This document shows, piece after piece, positions 1 to 7,469 of a stretch of DNA of 35,885 nucleotides. Source of the DNA: a virus (taxonomy: Duplodnaviria; Caudoviricetes). The notes beneath the pieces were generated by a model that saw only the letters and a program-made list of their open reading frames with translations, searched no databases and was not told the origin of the DNA. The stretch spans positions 1 through 35,885 of the IMG/VR virus record IMGVR_UViG_3300037483_000262. One strand, given 5' to 3'. The translations under genes and the position numbers were made by a program. Each line of letters begins with the position of its first letter. The first letter of the stretch is position 1.

Positions 1-276
1 ATCAACCAGTTAGAAATGTATTTCGAATAGCTCCTTCGCATTTACACATTTCTTGAAAGCGTGCTTGGACGTATTTCCCGACTGCGCCGGAAATAAATGA
101 ACTGTCAACTGTCGAGCAATAATACCATTCAGGGTCCGGCTCTTGATCTAGTGTTGTAATTTTCACATCATTCATTTTCCCAAGACCCCCCGATTTTAGA
201 AATAGGTTTCCGTAAATTGTTCTCATGTGAACGATAGAATTAGTCAAGTTGTATCTCTGTTGCGACCGGTACGCCT
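1..276. repeat. Terminal direct repeat, left copy
   Basis: Aligns without gaps to 35610-35885. Positions 1-22 and 150-276 are identical; there are 18 substitutions between 23 and 149. Confidence 0.97.
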
Positions 277-748
277 GGAACCATTGCTTTTTGTTAATTT
301 GCATGGGAAGATGAAGGCCGAAATCGAGCGGCTCCTTAATTCCCATTGCCTGTAATATTTCTTTAGTCTTGACAAGGCTTCGCAAATAGGAGCTTTCAAC
401 ACCGTTTGTATGCTGAAGAAGTCGCGCAATTGACTCGTCGATAGTGCAACGGTAGTAATTCTTGAAGATGTGGACCGGTCGCAGGACGAAGAAGTCGTCG
501 TTGAACAGATAGTAATCTTCTGATATGAGCGGGTGTTTATTAGTAATAAGATGGTTCGAAAGCACCTTCTCGTACTTGCTGCCAACGGCATTATTGCCTG
601 GAATGTGACCTACATCACCATTTAGCCAGGGAGGAAGATAACCGACGATCCATACTTTATCGTGCGGAAAGTTCCGGCAAATACTTCGCAAAGTGTAGCG
701 AAGTTCCTCATTTATCAATGCTTCTTTGACCGGAATAACAATATCCAT
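2..748 (-). CDS. Stealth-like protein (putative sugar-phosphotransferase/glycosyltransferase)
   Basis: Motifs NEELRYTLRSI, VWIVGYLPPWL and ISEDYYLFNDDFF resemble Stealth conserved region CR2. Start moved to the ATG at 748 (MDIVIPV) because the longer ORF runs through the capsid terminator. Confidence 0.7.
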   Translation of the reverse strand: MDIVIPVKEALINEELRYTLRSICRNFPHDKVWIVGYLPPWLNGDVGHIPGNNAVGSKYEKVLSNHLITNKHPLISEDYYLFNDDFFVLRPVHIFKNYYRCTIDESIARLLQHTNGVESSYLRSLVKTKEILQAMGIKEPLDFGLHLPMQINKKQWFQAYRSQQRYNLTNSIVHMRTIYGNLFLKSGGLGKMNDVKITTLDQEPDPEWYYCSTVDSSFISGAVGKYVQARFQEMCKCEGAIRNTFLTG

Positions 749-754
749 AAGCTG

Positions 755-760
755 ATTATA
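755..760 (-). promoter_or_regulatory. -10 box TATAAT 6 nt upstream of ATG 748 (leaderless-type promoter)
   Basis: Minus strand reads TTTTTG-TATAAT-CAGCTT-ATG; no Shine-Dalgarno sequence. Confidence 0.6.
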
Positions 761-761
761 C

Positions 762-795
762 AAAAAGAGGGGCCGAATTGCCCCTCTTATTTTTT
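762..795 (-). terminator. Intrinsic terminator after the major capsid gene
   Basis: Stem AAGAGGGGC/GCCCCTCTT (765-773 with 780-788), flanked by A/T tracts, just downstream of the stop at 810. Confidence 0.8.
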
Positions 796-809
796 CAATC
801 GAGAACTGT

Positions 810-1664
810 TTAGGCCGAGGTTGCTTCCTCAAGACTCGCAACAGCATTGACTTTCTTGTTCAGGACGAACGTATCGCTACGATCGCGAAGCTGAAGCTCA
901 ACACCGCTGAAACTTGGGACCGGATCGATAACGACCATGCCGTCACCTTTGGGGTCCATCTTAGGAGTAACATTCACAACCGCACGCTTGTCTACGGCGA
1001 TACCGTAAACACCTTCACCGAGGTAAGCGTCAGGTGCTTCAACAATTTTCGCACCCTTGAACATTCCGAGGAAGCCCTTCTTACCTTCTTTATAGCCCTG
1101 CTCCGAGCCGGTAAAGTTGATTGCGTTGGTCAGCAATGTAGCGAACTCGAAACCGACCCAGGCAATCACCTGGTTCACGTCACCGCCACCGGTGCGAACC
1201 TTATCAATCATACGAGCAAAACCGAGCTTGATCTGATCAGCCGTCGCACCGCTAAGTGCAATTTCGATCCGGTTGCCAATCGGTCGAGCAGCATAGACCT
1301 TACCTATTGAGTAAGCGTCGTGAGCAGGAATGAATACCTGATCCGCTTGCTGCAAAGCAACCTTTTTAGTGAACTGACCAACAGGAATATCCTGAATTTG
1401 CGTTCGTTGGATACGAAGCAACATACTCTTGTTATAGGCCAGAGTAAGGACCTGTTCTGCTGGAACTACCAGTGACGGAGCACCAAAAGGCGCCGTAGCG
1501 TGAGCCTCGTCGTAGTTAGCCAATGAACCGTTCGATACTGAAAGTACACGAACACTATTAACATCAACAAATTTGTAACCATTGTCGCCAAGATAAGGTG
1601 CAACCACAGAGCTAACGCTTAGTGGAATGTCCATTATATTGGCAGTCTTTGTGCCGTATGCCAC
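810..1664 (-). CDS. Putative major capsid protein
   Basis: 284 aa, GTG start, strong RBS AAGGGGG, own terminator. The pattern GFLGMFKGAKIVEAP...DTFVLNKK resembles HK97-fold coat proteins. Confidence 0.7.
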   Translation of the reverse strand: MAYGTKTANIMDIPLSVSSVVAPYLGDNGYKFVDVNSVRVLSVSNGSLANYDEAHATAPFGAPSLVVPAEQVLTLAYNKSMLLRIQRTQIQDIPVGQFTKKVALQQADQVFIPAHDAYSIGKVYAARPIGNRIEIALSGATADQIKLGFARMIDKVRTGGGDVNQVIAWVGFEFATLLTNAINFTGSEQGYKEGKKGFLGMFKGAKIVEAPDAYLGEGVYGIAVDKRAVVNVTPKMDPKGDGMVVIDPVPSFSGVELQLRDRSDTFVLNKKVNAVASLEEATSA

Positions 1665-1756
1665 AATAAACCCCCTTAAAATCTTAATTTAGAATGTAAA
1701 ACCCTTTGCTTACCATTATTGTATATTAATCATAAACACTAATGCAATAGTTTTAA

Positions 1757-1765
1757 TGGTAAAAT
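1757..1765 (+). promoter_or_regulatory. Extended -10 promoter TGGTAAAAT for terL (leaderless-type)
   Basis: TGG-TAAAAT-CTAAAT-ATG(1772); no SD sequence. Confidence 0.55.
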
Positions 1766-1771
1766 CTAAAT

Positions 1772-3133
1772 ATGCAGATTCCCGTACACTTCGATCCGCG
1801 TTGGTATCAAGCTGAAGCACTACGAGCTCTTGAGAACGGCGTAACTTTTGCGGCTTGGTGTTGGGCGCGTCGAGGCGGTAAAGACTTCACAGCTTTCGGC
1901 TATGCGGTTAAGAAGATGGTTGAGCAGCCGATGGGAGTCGCGTTGGTGTTCCCAACCAAAGAGCAGGGCCGCGAGGCGTTTTGGGACAACGTAGAAAATG
2001 ACGGCTTTAAGACCATTGAGCATATCCCGAAGCAGCTTATCAAACGATTCGATAACAAAGATATGAAAATTAGCCTTATAAATGGCTCGACCTTCTCTCT
2101 TTTAAGTGCGCGTGATCCGGACGCATTGCGTGGTGCGAACGCCAAGCTTTATATTTTTTCCGAGTTCGTGGACATTGACAGCTATGCCCTGGACGTCGTT
2201 GAGCCGGTTACAGATAACAACGGCGGCCAGATTATCATTCAAAGTACACCAAAAATCGATGGTATCTCTGGTGGTATGTTCAAAATTCTATTCGATCGGG
2301 CCAAGAAAACAAAAGGTGAATTTTCTTCTCTCATAACCGCAAGAGAATATCTATCGGCCGAAAAACTTGAATCAATCCGGCAACGACATATCGCTAAGTA
2401 TGGCAATGATTTCAAATTCAAGCAGGAATATCTTTGCGATTGGGGCCAGGCGGGAACGGCTTCATACTATGGCGCCATTCTTAAAATGATGGAAAAAGAC
2501 GGCCGAATTGGTATGCACCCCTATAACCCAGGCTTTCCGGTGTACACCGCTAGGGACTTAGGTATGTCCGACAGCACAGCCGTCGGCTTCTTCCAGTATT
2601 ATCTTGTGAATGGCAAGCCGAAGGTCCGTATAATCGATTACTACGAAACCCACAACGTCGGCCGAAAAGCTATTATCGCAGCCGTAGCACAAAAACCTTA
2701 TAACCTTGCCTGGCACTTCTTCCCCCATGATGGTTCGGTGCGGGACAGCGACGCCATTGCCAGGATTGAGAAGTACCGCGAAGACGGCTTAACGAATAGC
2801 TCGTTGCTACGGCGGGAGCCGGTGGACGACGGAATCAACCGCGTCGTCGAAAGCTTCGGGGACACTCTGATTCATAACCCGACTTGCACACCATTGATCC
2901 GCAAGTCTTATCTCTATAAAAGGAAATTCAACCCGCTTACTGGCGACTATTTAGGGCCAGAGCACGACTCCGCGTCGCACGCAGCCGATATGTTGCGCTA
3001 TATTTTTGTGGCTATTGACCAAGAATTTAATAAAGAAGCCTGTGAAATGTATCTCTCACAGGCTTCTCAAGACGATGTTTACGAGTCGGCTATGCCGACG
3101 ACAGCGATCTACTCACCTTCCGGTGCTGGCTGA
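1772..3133 (+). CDS. terL: Terminase large subunit
   Basis: PRWYQ adenine-binding motif, Walker A WARRGGKD, DALRG followed by Walker B-like YIFSE, coupling motif STP, FKQEYLCDW, nuclease motifs DLGMSDSTA, PHDG and SHAADMLRY. Confidence 0.95.
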   Translation: MQIPVHFDPRWYQAEALRALENGVTFAAWCWARRGGKDFTAFGYAVKKMVEQPMGVALVFPTKEQGREAFWDNVENDGFKTIEHIPKQLIKRFDNKDMKISLINGSTFSLLSARDPDALRGANAKLYIFSEFVDIDSYALDVVEPVTDNNGGQIIIQSTPKIDGISGGMFKILFDRAKKTKGEFSSLITAREYLSAEKLESIRQRHIAKYGNDFKFKQEYLCDWGQAGTASYYGAILKMMEKDGRIGMHPYNPGFPVYTARDLGMSDSTAVGFFQYYLVNGKPKVRIIDYYETHNVGRKAIIAAVAQKPYNLAWHFFPHDGSVRDSDAIARIEKYREDGLTNSSLLRREPVDDGINRVVESFGDTLIHNPTCTPLIRKSYLYKRKFNPLTGDYLGPEHDSASHAADMLRYIFVAIDQEFNKEACEMYLSQASQDDVYESAMPTTAIYSPSGAG

Positions 3134-3336
3134 TCGTTGCGCTCTTCTTCGGCATTTTCGCGAGCCGTTTCGTGACCTTCCGCAACCGCGTCGTCACGAG
3201 CGTCAGTAGTGTCCTGACCGCCATTTTCTAGCTCGGCAGTACCGTCGCGCTCTGAACCGGCTTCCGGTTCATTACCTTGAGTTTGACTTTCATCAACCTC
3301 TTGATCGTCGTTCTGATTTACTGGTTCATCTACCAT
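3109..3336 (-). CDS. Small acidic hypothetical protein
   Basis: 75 aa, D/E-rich. RBS AAGGGAGG and promoter TGGTATAAT lie upstream. The 3' end overlaps terL convergently by 25 bp. Confidence 0.65.
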   Translation of the reverse strand: MVDEPVNQNDDQEVDESQTQGNEPEAGSERDGTAELENGGQDTTDARDDAVAEGHETARENAEEERNDQPAPEGE

Positions 3337-3366
3337 AGTAAAGACCTCCCTTAAATTAACTTTTGT

Positions 3367-3375
3367 ATTATACCA
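3367..3375 (-). promoter_or_regulatory. Extended -10 promoter TGGTATAAT
   Basis: Perfect TGnTATAAT upstream of the RBS of ORF 3109-3336. Confidence 0.65.
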
Positions 3376-4170
3376 TTATTGAGCAGAACGCTTCTGTCGA
3401 ATAGCTTCCACTAATTCACCCTTGTTAGCGAACCCTGAAGGTGCGTCAACGCCGGCGTCTTTAGCGATTGATTCAAGTTGAGCGCGGCTCATACCCTCAT
3501 CAACCTCTTGAACTTGAGCCGGTCCTGAAGTCGTATCGCTCCCCGACTCCGCTGGCTGTTCAACACTAGCTGCTTCATCGGCCTTTTCCTCCTCGGAACC
3601 GCCATCATCAGCGTCAGAGGTATCCTCTTCGCCTTCGTCACGAGCGTCGTCAGTCGCTTCTTTTACCTGGTCAGTTATTGGTTCGTCGGTAATATTTTGT
3701 TCGGGGGACGGCTCATCGGCGGCCGTATCAGTAGGAAGCTGTTCAGGCTTCACTTGCTCTTTAGGTGGTAAGTCAAGAGTAGCACCAGAATTCATCTGGC
3801 CGCTATCACGAATACGACGGATATCGTCTTCGTATTGCTTCTGGAAGTCTTCCGGAGTCTGCTCTAACCCTTGAACCTTGCGGTCATTTTGAGCCGAAAT
3901 ATATTGCAAAATGTTCGTTTCGGTAATGCTGTCAGGTAAAATACCAAGCTGAACGGCAATACTTTCCAACAAGCGCGGGTCCTGTTGAATTCGCTCAATT
4001 TCAACTACTGTTTCAGGCGCTAAACGCCAGCCAAAGTCTTGGCCCTGGTTGACATTAGGGGAACGGTCACTAGAGCCCCAAAGAGCCGCTATGTGAGCGT
4101 CAGCGATTACCGGATCGGTTTTAACGACCCTGGATTCGCCGCTTCTGATGTTAAAAAATTTGATAGCCAT
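3376..4170 (-). CDS. Head-module protein with C-terminal Rho-N/HeH-like helical domain
   Basis: C-terminal MSRAQLESIAKDAGV...NKGELVEAI follows an acidic linker; RBS AAGGAGG. Confidence 0.6.
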   Translation of the reverse strand: MAIKFFNIRSGESRVVKTDPVIADAHIAALWGSSDRSPNVNQGQDFGWRLAPETVVEIERIQQDPRLLESIAVQLGILPDSITETNILQYISAQNDRKVQGLEQTPEDFQKQYEDDIRRIRDSGQMNSGATLDLPPKEQVKPEQLPTDTAADEPSPEQNITDEPITDQVKEATDDARDEGEEDTSDADDGGSEEEKADEAASVEQPAESGSDTTSGPAQVQEVDEGMSRAQLESIAKDAGVDAPSGFANKGELVEAIRQKRSAQ

Positions 4171-4187
4171 GTGATTTTCCTCCTTAT

Positions 4188-5294
4188 TTAATTCTCGTAG
4201 TAATCTTTAGCTGCTGCGTCCCACTCTTTATCTTCGGGATCGCGGGTATCGGACTTACCGGTAGAGGTAATATCTTCGCGATCAGTCTGATCTTGTTTGC
4301 GTTCAGTTTTTTTCTGCTCTGTGGCGGCAGTTTTAGCGGCTTCGTCAGGCTTGTCTTTAGCCTTTGCCTGGGCCTCAAGCTGTTGAGCAAGCTTTACATA
4401 GCCAGCCAGAGCCGTATCGTAGAAGCGCACCATTGAAACAGGTGCTTTAACAATTATGCCAGATTTTTCGTCTTTAATCAGCGTATCTTGAAATGCTGCA
4501 TAAAGTTCTTTTTGCAAGTTTTTAAGCTGTGGGTTAGGACTTTGTGCAAATGCTTTGAAAAGCTCGCTATATTTGCCACGAACAGTATCCGCGTCGTCCT
4601 TAAGCCCGAGGTTAACTTCGGCAATCTCTTCGATTTTGCCTTCAGCCTCTTTGATCTGTTTATCAAGATGAGCTTGGGCCTGAAGCAAGTATGAGGCCGC
4701 TTCTTCTTCTGTGAACGGCTTGCGAGTGTTCGGGTTCATCAGCTTCATCACGTCTTCGATGGTCCGGATCGGATCGCCGTCGGCGTCGGTGAGCTCGGTC
4801 TGAAGATCGTCGAACATCTTCTCACGAACATCATTTTTAGTAGCTTTTAGATCGGCTTGCATTTCACGAACTGCGGCACGTTGATCGCGGACGGAGGAGT
4901 CAGCTTCAGGGGTTCTATTGGTGGCAGCAGCCACTTCTTCAGCTTCCTTTTTCTCGGCAGCTTCTTTTTCGTGACGAGCTTTAGTCTGCTCGGGAGTTTC
5001 ATTTTTGGCCTTTTCAGCCTCTTCCTCTTCGGTTTTTTTCTTAGCCTCGGCGTCAGCTTCTTCTTGAGCCTTTTTAGCGGCCTCATCATCGACCGGTTTT
5101 TTATCTTTTTCGGGGTCTGGCTTCTCGGGATCGGTTTTATCGTCCTTTTTTGGCTGTTTTTTTTCAGGTTCAGGAACTTCGTGTTCGGTCTTAAATTCTT
5201 CGTTGGCTAGAAGCCACTCATCATCTTGAGTAGCTGCCGGCGGAGTATTATCAGCGGGAGCGTCATTTGGTGCGGGTGGGTTTTGTGGGTCCAT
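4188..5294 (-). CDS. Putative capsid scaffolding protein
   Basis: 368 aa, highly charged E/K/D/A coiled-coil protein downstream of the portal gene. Confidence 0.6.
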   Translation of the reverse strand: MDPQNPPAPNDAPADNTPPAATQDDEWLLANEEFKTEHEVPEPEKKQPKKDDKTDPEKPDPEKDKKPVDDEAAKKAQEEADAEAKKKTEEEEAEKAKNETPEQTKARHEKEAAEKKEAEEVAAATNRTPEADSSVRDQRAAVREMQADLKATKNDVREKMFDDLQTELTDADGDPIRTIEDVMKLMNPNTRKPFTEEEAASYLLQAQAHLDKQIKEAEGKIEEIAEVNLGLKDDADTVRGKYSELFKAFAQSPNPQLKNLQKELYAAFQDTLIKDEKSGIIVKAPVSMVRFYDTALAGYVKLAQQLEAQAKAKDKPDEAAKTAATEQKKTERKQDQTDREDITSTGKSDTRDPEDKEWDAAAKDYYEN

Positions 5295-5620
5295 TAGTTA
5301 CCTTTCCTCTTTTGAACAACATTTTGAACAGCCGAATCAACTGTACTTTGTAAGGGCATTAAAATATCAAAAGCAATCTGTTTGCCTTCGATTTGGACTA
5401 AAAGCTTTCGACTTGCTTCATCAAGAGTTGGCGACTCGAGAAGCTTTAGAATGTCGAAAGCATTAAAGTCCTTGTAAAGTGCTTCAACCGCCTGATCGAG
5501 AGTCCGTTTAACGTCCTCAAGAGTTGAGAACTCTTCGTCGTCACGATCAACAGCGTCATTGGTTGTAGGAGCCGTTACAGGCGACCGATAGGGGATTGAT
5601 TCATCATTACCAGGGGGCAT
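5294..5620 (-). CDS. Hypothetical protein between portal and scaffold
   Basis: 108 aa; TAATG-coupled to the scaffold gene; has its own promoter. Confidence 0.7.
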   Translation of the reverse strand: MPPGNDESIPYRSPVTAPTTNDAVDRDDEEFSTLEDVKRTLDQAVEALYKDFNAFDILKLLESPTLDEASRKLLVQIEGKQIAFDILMPLQSTVDSAVQNVVQKRKGN

Positions 5621-5626
5621 AGAAAA

Positions 5627-5655
5627 ATGATAGCTTAACCAATTTGTATTGTCAA
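5627..5655 (-). promoter_or_regulatory. Sigma70-type promoter TTGACA-17-TATCAT (leaderless-type)
   Basis: Minus strand: TTGACA (5655-5650), 17 nt spacer, TATCAT (5632-5627), 6 nt, ATG at 5620. Confidence 0.75.
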
Positions 5656-5658
5656 CTA

Positions 5659-7452
5659 TTAACTAGCAATAGTTGATTGTGGGGCCGGTGGTTGGCTAGG
5701 TACTGGCGAATAAGGGGCAACTGGCGCGGCCAATCGCTTAGACTCTGGAACTGATTTTTCAAGAAGCATATCCGTAATCTCACGAACTTTTTGAATACCT
5801 TCAGGGCCAAGCACCTCGGAGTTTTGAGCCAAAACTGCAAGCGTATCCTGAAGATCACCGCGTTTTTTCTCTTCCAGTTCGTCTTTGCTCATACTAAGTT
5901 CGATTTCAACAGTCCAGTCCTTGATAGAGTCATAGTATTCATTCCAGTCAACAACCAACTTATTATCTTTGCCGACCGGAGGAACGAATTGAGTCATGGT
6001 TTGACCGGTTGGATCACTCTCGTCAACTTGTGGTTCAAATTCCTGCTCGGCAATACGATTGATGGTGTTCTTTGCTTCATCATCAATAATTAGAGTGGTT
6101 TCGTTCTTATTGGTTTCGACGTTCCAATCATCAATAGTCCGCTCGGAAACGTAGGTATCAAGTGCCACGAGTGCGTACTGACGTAAGAAGTTCTCAAGAA
6201 TATTCGTAATCTGACTGGTCGAAATGTCTTGAACCCTATCTTGCTGCTTAACACCAGGAGCCGTTTTAGAAAAAGCACTACCGGAATTGATAGAGCCGAT
6301 ACTGTTACCCATGATGTTCTGAATTTGAAGCGACAAATGCTCCATCATCGGTTTGAACTGCGCTAATGCGCCATTGTCCATTGATTTGAGCTCGGCAGTA
6401 GCGTTCTGGTCCAAAGCTTCCCACACGACACCCTGCTTAAGCTGTACTGGCTTAGTGAAGCGACCACGCTTCAGGATTGGCGGCTTACTGTTAAGCAAGA
6501 GCATAGAGGCGATATTCTGGTAGTAGATGTTGGCTAGGTTCTGGTTAGGTGAAGCAAGCCGGACGCGGGACAGGCCGAACGGTGTCAGCGGAGCCGGATC
6601 GATTACCAGGAAGTTCACGCGAGGATAGCCGAACTTCGATCGGTTCTTGATTACTCGAAGCGGACACTCCTTAAGCTGCGGACAAAACGTCACAAACTCG
6701 CTAGGATTACCGACTTCGTATTTGGTTACGAACTGATAGGTATTAGCCGTGTATTCTGCTTGAGCTTTCTTCTGTGGATCGGACAGATAGATTGAATAAA
6801 ATTTGGTCTTCGGGTCCATTTCAAGCAATTCGTCAAGCTTGGCAACGTCCCAACTGGTGTTTGGATTCTCTTTTGCGGCGTCGCGAATCTTGCGAACTCG
6901 AGTCTTGGTCAGGTTGGCCGATACATAATAGAAGCCGGACTCGTTAGCGTCTGAAATGCCTGGTTCCGGATCAACGTCGGCATAATGCAAAAGTCGCATG
7001 GTTGTACCGAAATCATTGAACATTTTGCCGGTCGCAGTCATAAACGGAGCGTAGCCGTGAGTCAACGCTTGCTCTGCTCCCATCTGCATTGTCGAAAGCA
7101 ACCCCTTACCGAACGTGTCTTGATTAAAAACCCCACGTCGCAAAATATAAGACGCGACTGCGGCCTTGATACTGCGCTTTGTGCCATTGACTGAAGCTGA
7201 AAATACTGGTAATTGCTCAAGTGAGGAGCGAGGTATGGCACGGACCAAGCCAGCCAGGGTAGTATCGCCAACATAAGGAGCATTATTCTGATGATTTAGA
7301 GGTACGCCATCAACCAAGTTGTCCAAGCTTACAAAATCGTTTGTATTGTTCTCTCGGTTCTGTCGGGAAGTATCCCACTCCTGAAGCATAGATTCCATAT
7401 CATAGTCGGGATATTTGTACTCGTATGGTTTTTCTGGTTCATTCATAATCAT
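5659..7452 (-). CDS. Portal protein (P22-like)
   Basis: 597 aa; segment PFGLSRVRLASPNQNLANIYYQNIASMLLLNSKPPIL resembles podoviral portals; lies upstream of the scaffold. Confidence 0.75.
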   Translation of the reverse strand: MIMNEPEKPYEYKYPDYDMESMLQEWDTSRQNRENNTNDFVSLDNLVDGVPLNHQNNAPYVGDTTLAGLVRAIPRSSLEQLPVFSASVNGTKRSIKAAVASYILRRGVFNQDTFGKGLLSTMQMGAEQALTHGYAPFMTATGKMFNDFGTTMRLLHYADVDPEPGISDANESGFYYVSANLTKTRVRKIRDAAKENPNTSWDVAKLDELLEMDPKTKFYSIYLSDPQKKAQAEYTANTYQFVTKYEVGNPSEFVTFCPQLKECPLRVIKNRSKFGYPRVNFLVIDPAPLTPFGLSRVRLASPNQNLANIYYQNIASMLLLNSKPPILKRGRFTKPVQLKQGVVWEALDQNATAELKSMDNGALAQFKPMMEHLSLQIQNIMGNSIGSINSGSAFSKTAPGVKQQDRVQDISTSQITNILENFLRQYALVALDTYVSERTIDDWNVETNKNETTLIIDDEAKNTINRIAEQEFEPQVDESDPTGQTMTQFVPPVGKDNKLVVDWNEYYDSIKDWTVEIELSMSKDELEEKKRGDLQDTLAVLAQNSEVLGPEGIQKVREITDMLLEKSVPESKRLAAPVAPYSPVPSQPPAPQSTIAS

Positions 7453-7469
7453 TATTCCTTATGTTTATT

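Noticed and set aside
1-276. Diversity-generating retroelement TR/VR pair (1-149 vs 35610-35758)
   Set aside because: The mismatches are not adenine-specific on either strand, all are synonymous, and no reverse transcriptase is encoded.
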